This document shows, in pieces, positions 26,220-37,642 of a stretch of DNA of 64,000 nt; positions within the stretch are counted from its first letter, which is position 1, and each line of letters opens with the position of its first letter. The stretch covers positions 15,314,001-15,378,000 of the forward strand of contig OX597820.1 in assembly GCA_951406725.2 (NCBI GenBank). The letters run 5' to 3'. This stretch comes from Octopus vulgaris. Its lineage: Eukaryota. A program made the position numbers and the translations under genes. Under the pieces are notes generated by a model. The model did no database searches. It was not told where the DNA came from and worked only from the letters and a program-made list of their open reading frames with translations.

Positions 26220-29200
26220 AAAATTAATTTACTAAGTAGAATTGGCATCACCACAGTTCTTAACACATCCGCATCAATACTGCAGAAGCCACCCAATGGA
26301 ATATATAATTATTCTAGTAGACGAGTTATTTCGGGAAAAAAGCAAAGAACTTTATTTAGATGACTTTTACCTTTAAAAATAAAATAAAATGAAAAAAAAA
26401 AAAAAAAAATTGAGAAAGCATTTGGCACTTTCACTTTTCTCAATGGTTTTTTGAGTGAACTTTAAATAAAAAACAAATTTTTAACAACATTCTGAGTCAA
26501 ACCTGGCACAAAATAAAGAATAGAATCGTAACAGTGAGAGATTAACAAACTACATGAATGTAGATGTGTGCATGTACATAAGTACGTGTGTAGACAGATT
26601 GAAGCTAATGAAAGCAATGAGAAGCCTGTGTTATCTGAGTGCTAACTCACAGAAGCCAATGAGTCATGTGTGCAAGATGCTGTTTAGAGTAAGGTATACT
26701 GCTCTGTTTATTTCAGCCTACCTACTGGAATTAGGTAGGTCTACTTCGTGATAGTGGAAGCAACGATAGATAGTCAAAACAAAAGATCTAATTATGTATG
26801 GGGTTGTGGAATATGGTAAACCGTGTCAAAACTTCTGCAAATAAGTTATAACAAAATATAAGAAAGCATCATGGCATCTGTGACTACATGTTAAAAATAA
26901 TGTCATTGCAACAATATTCTTTTGATATAAACATGTGTCTATAGTTAACTTTCTACTCTCATCATTGAATTATTTTGCACAATGATTTTAGGTGCAGGTG
27001 TGGCTGTGCGGTAAGAAGTTTACTTCCCAACCACATACTCTTGGGTTCAGTCCCACTGTGTGGCACCTTGGGCAAGTGTCTTCTACTATAAGCTCCAGGT
27101 CAACCAAGGCCTTGTGAGAGGATTCGATAGACAAAAACTGAAAGAAGCCTGTTGTGTGTATGTGTGTTACTGTATCTTTGCCTTGATTTCATGTGATAGT
27201 GGTAAACAAATGTCACCATCATTTAAGCAGTGTCCTTTTCGAATCTTTCATGAAAACACGTCTGGTCATGGGGAATATTACCTTATATGGAAACAAGTGA
27301 GGATTGGCAACAAAAGAGCATCCAGCCATAGAAAAATCTGCTCCAATAAATTTTGTTTATGCAAGTATAGAAAAGTGGAGGTTAAATGATGATGACTTGA
27401 CACCTTGTCTTTCTCTATCTCTAGGATGTCAATTTCCAATAACACACTGGTGAAACTTTCAAACCACAAGCTTTATGGATCCTTGGCAAAAAGAAAAAGC
27501 AAAGCAACACAATATCGTTCTACAGTCATAAAATGAAACCACTGAAGAAGCCTCTTCAGCCATTCAATGTGTTAGAAATAGCAGCAAGATCATCCTCAGA
27601 TCACAGTTGGTCTTTTTTTATTTAAGAAAAAAGAAAAAAAGAAAAAAACTCATAGGTGCAAGCATGAGTGAGTGGCTAAGAAGTTTGCTTTGCAATCACA
27701 TGGTTTTGAGTTCAGTCCCATTGCATGGCACCTTGGGTAAATGCTTTCTACTATATCCTTGGGCTGACCAATGCTTTGTAAGTGAATTTGATGGATGGAA
27801 AACTGTGTAGAGTCTCACTGTGTGTGTCCCCACTACTGCCTGGCAACTGGTGTTGTTTTTTTTATGTCCTCATAACATAGTGGTTTGGCAAAAGAGATCA
27901 AAAGAATAAGTACCCCCCTTGAAAAATAAGTAGTGGAGTTGTTTTGTTTGACAAAACCTTCCAAAGCAGTGCCCCAGCATGAGCATAGCTCAATGACTGA
28001 CACAAGTAAAAGATATATATATATACACTATGCTTACAAGCTAGAGACATAATTGATAATTTAGTAACTTGTCTAAATCACAACCTATATATCTATTACA
28101 AGTGGCAGATATCATAATATTATTCTACAACCTTAAAATCAAGTCAAAAAAGAATCCTCTTTGGTTTTCCATCAGTTTCTTTAATTACACCTTCTGCGTA
28201 TTATATTTTTCTCATCAGCATTGCTGACAGGTAAATGAAGGATGAGAGAGGTTCAATGCCCTATACCAGGCATAATGCCAATAATGGGACAGATATCAAC
28301 ATTGCAGCTCCTTCATCTAGTTGCTGACACCCTAACTTATTCATTTACTGACACTCCTCATAAAACAGTACCTATGATGTCTGTTTTTCCCTCCCAGGAT
28401 GTGAAGTTAGGCAGTAATATAAAATACGTTTTCATGAAATATAATAAATTCACTAAAATGCATAAAATAAATTAACCACATTGTATTTCTAACATAAAAA
28501 ATGGGGGGGGGGGTAACCAAAACAAGCTGGAGTGGAGTTCCTGAATAAGAAGAATCAGTGAGAGTCAAAGTTGTAAGTAGATAAACTGTTTCAAGTTGAA
28601 GTGGTTAAAACAGGAAAACTTGATGGATAAATAAATAAATATATATATAGTAGGGTGTTATAAATCAACAGATGGGTTAGCATATAATACATGTGATATC
28701 CATTAAAAGATAAAACTTCCTCTCTCTCAAGAACAATTACTATTAATAATTTGTATAGCAACCCACACATACATGGATATTACAATTAGTAACCTCTTTA
28801 CTTGGTACATCCATCTTTCACCTACTAAAGGATTTTTTTTTTAAGAAAGTAAATCTGAAGAAGCCCATTATTTATTCCTTTGAGTATTTATTTGGCAATA
28901 TATCAAAAATATTCCATAGTTTATCTATGCTGGTGAAAATGGTACTGCAATTTCCTTTGTAGCTCGAAAACCCAGCCATACACTCATATTTACATTACTA
29001 TTAATCTTACTCAATATGATATCAAAGATGTTTTGATAAGTCTAGATATCCTACCTGGAGATTTATACACCCAAATTAAATAGTGCTACATTCTGAGAAG
29101 CAAGGTATACATGCTTCAATGCACGGTTGTGAAAACATCTAAAGAAATATACGGAATACCTTTATATACATACACTTGTTGCCATGTATGATATTTCTTG

Positions 29201-30857
29201 CAGATATTTAAAGTTAATGACAAATCCACTCTCAATAAGCTAACTGGTTTTTGTAAAGATCGATAAGTTTATTCAGGAACTAAGTTATACACCTCCACGT
29301 TTGTCATTTGTATAAATAATTTTTTTGCAAATTCAGCTTAAATTTTGCCTCACAGTTTTTCATACCTACTCAATTCTTTTATATTCTCTTATTTTGATTT
29401 TTACAAAATCCTTCAAGAGCATTTGACAAATGGCCAAGAAAGTAGGAGTTTCTGAGATAAAACTAATATGCATCCAACCCTAAAATTATGCTGCATTCAA
29501 CAATAATTTTTGTTATTTATTTCTGCCCATTCAGCAAATGCCTATGTTGAGATATACTTTCAAACTTACACATTTATCATACTACAAAATGTGAATAGAG
29601 CTTGCTTATCAAATCAACTCACTATCATATATGTGGAAGGACAGAACCAGACTGTCACTTCCAAGATGAGAATTTGTAGCTGAAGGTTCTAAAAATGATC
29701 CTAAATTATGTGCAACAAGTATTTTCAATTATAGAAATACTTATAAAATTATTCAAATGAAAAAAATGTTCTGAAAAATAAAACTGCACATCAGCTCTAC
29801 CCACCTCCACACACACACACATATTCTTTCTCTTGTTTACTCAATCACACAAGCATTCATCTTAATATATGAACATGACACACTTCACACTAAATGATTT
29901 GATAAGTGGACAAAAACAAAGCACATGAAAAAATTATAATTGCATTAGAATAGATATTTGTAATATTAAACATCTATGAGTCAGTCATTCTTTTCCTTTA
30001 AATGAAAACCAAGAAATATGAATTGTAAAGAAATCAAATTAAGCCTCCAGTTTAAAGCAATTTATAATTCAAGAAAAAAAATATACATAAATTTAAAAAG
30101 TTGCCACACGTGAGAGAAATCTGGTTTGTAAATTGACTTCATGCTTTTATCTGATATATTTTTCTCAAAAAAAAAACTTAAAATAAATGCTTTAATATAA
30201 TTAAAATTAAATACAGATTAATTACAATTAATGATGCAATTTATTTATCAGACTTCACTTTCATGAATTTTAATAATCCAACACACACACATATGGGGGG
30301 GGGAAAAACACACTAAAAGACATGAGGAAAAATGAAGATGTGAATAAGCAATTCATCATATGTGGATAGTTTTGCAAATGCTTTTCAAAGCTATTCAATT
30401 TTGTTCAGAGAATTTGTAACTTTTTTCTTAAAATAGGCTGCAAACATGGTTATGTAGAAGAAGCTGCATGACTTCGTATAAGGGGACTTTAATGGATTAT
30501 TTGTATGAAAGTGAAGAATTATTGTGTGTATCAATGACAGCTCTGTAAAGAATAGGTATGAAAGAATAGGAAAATACATAGAAAAATGTAGAATATTTAA
30601 AATCGAATACATACATACATATGAAGAGAAATGATATTTTAAAACATCACGAAGAGATAAGATTTAGAAGGGTTTATCCATATATGGGAGTTCCAGACAA
30701 ATGAAGAAAAGAAAAAGAAAGTAAAACTAATCTGGGTGATTGTGAATGCCCAAGTGCTGTTTTAAAAAGCTTTAAAGTATAAAGTTAAATTAAAATTCTA
30801 TTACCAGAATATTTCAGAATTATGTAAGCTGTGAAGAAACAGCAAAGTATATGGTGA

Positions 30858-30889
<32 letters not shown>

Positions 30890-32074
30890 CAGTTTAGCAA
30901 TTAAGATAGGATCTTTGTGGAGAAGGAAATAGAACTAATAAAAAGGCATTTTAAATATCCAAATGGTTGAATTATAAACAGAAAAAAAAGAAGAAAAACA
31001 CAGAACAAAAGTTTTATAACTTTGTTTTGTTTTTCTAAAGAGCCATTTTTATTTTATGACGAGCAAAAATATTTGGCAAAAGTACAATTCAATAAATGGG
31101 AAGAAAATTTACGTAATTCTAATTCTAAAAGTATAAGCATTATTAATATTTGAAGTAGATTTAAAAGATAATAAACTATAATGTAAACAAAAACTAAACA
31201 ATAAATAAACAACACTTAGAGATACATTCTTCAAAGAGAGAATGACGTGTGGACAGCAGCACAAATTAAACAAGGTTTTAAGATCCATAGTATTGCTGTG
31301 ATAGAAGTAATACAGAGGAGGTATAACATAGAAAGGGATCTCTACTTGTAGAATAGTACAAAATGTGATTCTGTCGGCCAAGCAAAGGATTTTTTCATGT
31401 TTTTTTGTCCGAGGATGTGTTCTTTCACACATTCATATTTAATCGAAGAATTTGCAAGAGATTTAATGCATTGATCTGTGTTTTGTTCATGAGAAGAGGA
31501 AAGAAAAATTTGCAGATTTGGTCCTTGTTTCAATGCTCTATTCTTGTTAGTATTGTTGAATGTGACTATTTTCAATCTATTACTGTTTGAGTCACTGGGC
31601 TGTGGCCATGCGAGGGCATCACCTTGAATGGTTTAGGCAAGCAAACTGATTCTGGTCATTAGTTTTAAGTCTGATACTTAATCTATTGGTCTCTTTCAAC
31701 AGGGATGTAAACAAACTAACACCAGTTGTCAAGTGATAATGGGAGACAAACACAAACATATATACACATATGTTGTAGAAGGGCAAAGTCATGAAGAATC
31801 TTATGTCACTATCACATGGTTCCAGGTTCAATCCTCTTGTGCAGTACCTTAGTCAAGTGTCTGTTATAGCTTCTTGATATACTCATATATAAAATAGATA
31901 CACACATACATATTAGGAAGTGGAGCCACAAAATTCCATAAAGAAGTCACTACTAATTTTTAGTAGTGCATTATAAATCCATTTTGCAGTGACAATGGAA
32001 CTGATTGTTTCGCTCAGTGGGCTTTTCAAAGTGCACAATAGTTTGAGAAGTTCACTAAGCATAAATAAATAAAT

Positions 32075-32660
32075 CATCATCATCATCATCGTTTAACGTT
32101 CATTTTCCACACTGGCATGGTTGGACGATTTGACTGGGGTCTGGGAAACCAGGAGGCTGCACTAAGCTCCAATCTGATCTGGCAGTGTTTCTACAGCTGG
32201 ATGCCCTTCCTAATGCCAACCACTCCAAGAGTGTAGAGGGGGCTTTTTACGTGCCACTGGCCAGGGTAAGGTGGCTGGCATCAACCATGTTTGGATGGTG
32301 CTTTTTATGTGCCACCGGCATGACGCATGAATGGTGCTTATTGCATGCCAACTAACATGGGAACCAGTCAGGCGTCACTGGCATCAGCCACAACTACAAT
32401 TTCCATTTGATTGTGGTTTGATTTGATTTTGAATTTGATGTACATGACTCAATAGGTCGCCTCAAGCATGGCATGTCGCCCTACGATCATAAGGTACTTT
32501 TTTTAAGTGGACTGGCTATGCGACACTGGTGTGGGCTACAGCTATGATCTCACTTTACTTGCTGGGTCTTCTCAGTCACAGCTTATCTCCAGAGGTCTCG
32601 GTCTTTCATCATTAGCTCTGTGAGGCCCAATGTTTGAAGATCATGCTTCACCATCTCATT
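32075..32660 (-). mobile_element. 5'-truncated RTE-type LINE (ORF end, 3'UTR, (GAT)n)
   Basis: EMVKHDLQTLGLTELMMKDRDLWR (DRxxWR end motif), followed by the same 3'UTR as 25660-26217. Confidence 0.75.
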
Positions 32661-32710
32661 CAGCATGACCTTCAAACGTTGGGCCTCACAGAGGCAAAAA
32701 GAGGAGTGAT

Positions 32711-32793
32711 GACAATGACTTTGAAGTTTTGGCCTGCTAGCTTTTGTTAGACTCTGACGAAGAGTAGCAGGTTGAAACTTCGAAATTACTGAC
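32711..32793. ncRNA. Head-to-head pair of degenerate hammerhead motifs
   Basis: Plus strand: CTGACGA agagtagcaggtt GAAA cttcgaaatt actgac. Minus strand: ctaacaa aagctagcaggcc aaaa cttcaaag TC attgtc. Confidence 0.45.
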
Positions 32794-33111
32794 ATACCTC
32801 TTATTGTAAAAGTAATAGATATGCACTCTTCAAAAAAGTATTAAGTAATTCTTCAGTTTAATGTTAAACTGTTTTTATGATAGTTTTACACGAAAACAAA
32901 CATATATATACGTATATATATATACATATATATATATTTTTCAATGGTCCGATAACTGAAGAGATGGCGATGTGGTTTTCCGCCCCGACATCTGAAACTT
33001 GGCGTTTTATCATGGCTACCGAATAATCGTCACATATTATATTTACAGATGAATTCATCTATTTACATAATATCCAGGTCTCTTTCATTCTTTTGTTGTC
33101 TTACCATTTCT

Positions 33112-33149
<38 letters not shown>

Positions 33150-34476
33150 CACACACACATTCATAGATATATAGTTATATATATACATACATACAAGGAC
33201 ACACACACACACACAAGAGCATACACATGTATTACATAGAAAGTAGCGCTGTTTTGCTTTAAATTGGAGTGTCAAAGATTTTGGCAAGACCTCAAGGAAA
33301 AATAAACAAATAAAGAGGGAGACATATATATATATATATAAGTGAATCTATGTTTCTAGGTTAGTAACTAGTTTACAAATAACTACAGCACTAACAGAAG
33401 AGAAAATGGCAAGAGAAAAGAGAAAAAAATATTTAAGCCTTGACAAAGAAGATATTGTTCCAGTTTCCAAGTATTTTTATGAAGTGAAAGATGTGCAATT
33501 TAAGAAGAAAATCAGTTTGGTATACAAAAGGGAAAAATTGAATCATACATAATAAATTTTATAAAGAAATTCTAAAGTATGTCATTGTTTAGCTCCAGGT
33601 CGATGTTATGTCTAGGATTAGTAGTTGTATAATAAAGTGGTGAATACCAAAATTATTTTGTAATGACAAGAAACTAGTTGTTTCAGTCAGTGAGTTTCTC
33701 AAAGTACAATTTTGAGAAAGCCAGTGAGCATAAAATTGGTATATTTTATACTTGTATGTGGGTGTGTCTCCACCAAGTCAACACACCTTGTCAGTAATTA
33801 GCACACTGTTCCCACTGTCACCCACACCAATCCAAGTCATAAATTTTCCCTTGCTCGCCTGTCTCTTTCACTACTCCCACTCCAAAACTGTACCCTCTGT
33901 TATTCTCTCCATAACCATGCTTTCACATCAATAAATTGGTCTCATCCATCATGGAAGCCTTCTTTCACTTTGCAAGCTACAAGGTGACTCCAACGGTGAT
34001 TGTGCCATAAAAAAAAAAAACGAGTGGCTGTGTGATAAGTAGCTTGCTTACCAACCACATGGTTCTGGGTTCGGTCCTACTGCGTGGAACCTTGGGCAAG
34101 TGTCTTCTACTATAGCATCGGGACAACCAAAGCCTTGTGTGTGGATTTGGTAGACGGAAACTGAAAGAAGCCCGTTGTATATATGTAAAAAGAGTAAAAG
34201 AGTATCCAGTAGACTCTTTAAGTGATTGGTAATTGATTTAAGCAGTAACAGCTTAGGGCTTGAGAGAACTTTTCAGTTTTGCTGATGGCAAGTCAACCTC
34301 TACAGTGCTAGTGCCACAAAAGAGAAAAAAAAATGCACATGGTGCACCTATAAGGTGATTGGTGGAAGGTGTCCAACCATAGAAACCATGCTAAATCAGG
34401 GACACTGGAGCAAGATGCGGCCCTCTCACTGGAACCTGTTAAGGTAACACATACCAGCATGGAATGTAAGTATTAA

Positions 34477-34755
34477 TGATCATCATCATTGTTCGACCGT
34501 GGTCGAGACAATGGAATTTACCATGCTACGCCAGACTTCACGGTCCATCATGGCATTACGGAGGTCCTGTTGCTGGATGCCTGTATCCCTGGAGATTACA
34601 TCAGGGTAGGAGAGTGTGCGCCCTCTGATATTGCGAGTAGATGGCTTCCAGAGGAGAAGAGTAGAAATTACCTCTTTTTCAGCTCTACAACAATGTCCAG
34701 CAAACTGGACTCTCTTACCTTTCACAAGAGATGACACAGATGGTAGTTTCCCAGT
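34477..34755 (-). mobile_element. RTE-like LINE 3' end, little decayed
   Basis: Open frame GKLPSVSSLVKGKRVQFAGHCCRAEKEVISTLLLWKP...MMDREVWRSMV followed by a (TGA)n tail. Confidence 0.85.
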
Positions 34756-35344
34756 ATTAATGATAATGATAACATTATATATATTACACAAGCAGAAACA
34801 AACACACACCTTATAACCTTATCAAATCTAATATCAAATATGCTCTTCATTTAAGATGGTAGGCTGCATCTGAGGAAAATATGGTTGTTATTTCTAGTAG
34901 GACGACCCACTCGGGAGCAGCTCTCTCTCTTTGGTTCAGACTGTTCATTGTTGTTTATATATAGAAAGCAAGGAATATAACTATGTAAATATGTCAGCAA
35001 GGGGGAAGGGTAGAAATAGATAGCAAAAATACAGATATGGAAAAGATAAAAGAATATATTAAAGAAAGAGATTAAAAGATAAAGATCAAGATGGAAACCT
35101 GACACATCGATTTGAATATCACTGAGGAAGGCAAGGTGAAATTTAATTCAGAGAGCAGTAATAGTTTCAGCTTCCTACATTGCCTCCCTCTTTAATTTCA
35201 TTGCTGATGCTCAATTATATATATATATATATACACACACACATATATATATATATATACACATTATATACATTATATATATGTGTGTGTATATATATAT
35301 ATATTTATATATATATAAATATATATATATAATATATATATATA

Positions 35345-35436
35345 TACACACACATACACATTTTATTTATCTTATATATCTATATGTGATATATGTATAT
35401 ATATGTATGTATATGTATGTATGTATGTATGTATGT

Positions 35437-35468
<32 letters not shown>

Positions 35469-35531
35469 CATAAATACATACATACAAATACATACATATA
35501 TCACATAAATATATAAGATAAATAAAATGTG

Positions 35532-35545
<14 letters not shown>
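35345..35545. repeat. Fold-back palindrome within a microsatellite
   Basis: acacatacacattttatttatcttatatat...gtgatatatgtat recurs as its reverse complement, centred on a (TA)n tract. Confidence 0.8.
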
Positions 35546-35588
<43 letters not shown>

Positions 35589-36952
35589 GTGTGTATGAAA
35601 CATATTAGAAGAGTGACAGACAATCTAAAAAATATCACAAAGCAAGATGAAAATGAGTTTTAATCTTTTCTTTGCTCAATGTGAACTCTGTATGACCTCA
35701 AGAAACCTTTCTAGAATTAGTTATTTCTAGAATTAGTTATTTCAAAAGATAAACTATGATGGCTTTTTGTATGTAATATCATGTCTCTGTAAGTAGGATA
35801 ACTATAAAAATAGACATGGTATAATTGTTTCTCTAGAGTGAATGAGACTGAGAATGACAGAAACAGGGAAAGAAAAGGGAGCAGGCAAGTGTTAGCACAC
35901 ATAGAGTATTTTTTAGAGTATTTTTTTAGAGATATTTTTTATCACTCCATCAGCTTAGTGGTCTTCTTATAAAGAATGGAAAAGTGTTATTTATACTTTA
36001 TAGTTCCCAATATTTTTTTTTTATTATCTTCAAATCAGAGGGTAAAGCAGTGCCCAAAACTCTTTCCAGAGTTTCCAAGACAGGTGGGAGGAAGTTATCC
36101 ATAAATTGGAGACCCAACCTTGTTTGTTTTGCAGAATACAGTGGATTCCACTAACAACAGCCAATGTGCTAGGGTGAGGTGTTAAACTGGGTGACAGACT
36201 AAGTCTACCTTCTTTGAAAACCAGGGTGAGACCAGAACTCAGAAAGCAAAGAGACAGAAGGGAAAAAGAAAAAAAAAGCTCATTAAGGAACTTAGCAAAT
36301 TTACTGGAATTATTATTATTATTGAACTGGCAGAATCATTACCATGCTGGACATGATGCTTAATGGCATTTCTTCCAACTCTACATTCTGTGTTCAAATT
36401 CTGCCACGGTCAACTTTTGACTTTCATTTTTTTTTTTTTATTTTTTCAGCTTGATTAAATAAGCACCAGTTAAACGTTAGAGCTGATGTCATCAATGTAA
36501 TCCCTCCCCCAAAAATTTCAGGCCTTGTGCCTAGAAAGGATGATGATGATGATGATGCTGTTGTTGCAGGATCATTAACAAGCTCAGCAAAATGCTTAGC
36601 AGCATTTCTCCTGACTTCAAATTCCTCCAAAATCGACTTTGCCTTTCAATCCTTTCAGGGTCAATACCAGTAAAGCACCGGGGTCAATGTAATTGACCAG
36701 CCTGTCATCCCAAAATATAAGTCCTTGTAACTATAGTAGAAATTATCATTATTATTTTGCTTTGTAATTGTACCAAGTTGACTCCAAGTCTCACCCAGAG
36801 ACCTCAAGAGACAAGTAAGAAGTTCAAATTGGTGTTATGACTTGGATACCATGTATTTGGTTTTGTACATAGTATTGTCAAACTATAAGAAAATTAGACG
36901 TTTGTTTTAAAAGTATAAGGTGAGACAGTAAAAGGTGTTTGCTATTATGAAC

Positions 36953-37535
36953 CATTATTATTATTATTATTATTATTGAGTGAGAGAGCAGGTCATGCCA
37001 TCAAAGTGACACTGGGGTAAAATATACGAAGCCCAGTATACCCATCATGACTACCCGTCTGATAAGGGTACACCAGGCACATGCATCACAACCATATGTG
37101 TATGACATGGTGATCTCATATCAAGATAAATAGCACATGACCTTGCAGGTGGGGCCCAGTTAGAATTTTCTTCAGGTTGAGTAGCCCATCCCGCTCAAAA
37201 GGTCCCTGAATAAGGGTTGTTTAAGGATGTTGAAAGAACCACCCATGTTTCCAGAGGTGAATTATTCAAACCCCAAAGAATCCCTCTCAACACATGGCTA
37301 TGATGTTCCCCCACTATTTCTGCTCGTGATCAGAGATGCACATATCGTCAGCCACTAATGGACACGATCAACTGGTTAAGGTCGAACAACTGACAAGCAA
37401 ATCTGTGGTATTGAGCAGAATATTTGCTGTAACCCATCTTTTATACCAAGACAAAACAATGTACATGATAACACTTCCAATCAGTTAATATCAGAAGCCA
37501 TGAGAGCTACTGCCTGGTACTGCATCAGGGCATAT
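36953..37535 (-). mobile_element. LINE/SINE 3' segment with (TAA)n tail
   Basis: An inverted homologous copy lies at 55060-55360(+). Simple-repeat tail. 37397-37444 is locally duplicated at 37537-37584. Confidence 0.65.
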
Positions 37536-37603
37536 TGCAAATCTGTGGTATTGAGCAGAATATTTGCTGTAGCCCATCTTTTATGTATTTGCTGTAGCAC
37601 ATC

Positions 37604-37642
<39 letters not shown>

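Noticed and set aside
26075-26296. Poly-His protein
   Set aside because: It is the antisense reading of the (GAT)n retroelement tail.
35121-35150. Additional hammerhead core CTGAGGA...GAAA
   Set aside because: No convincing stems I-III, and no similarity to the other three copies.
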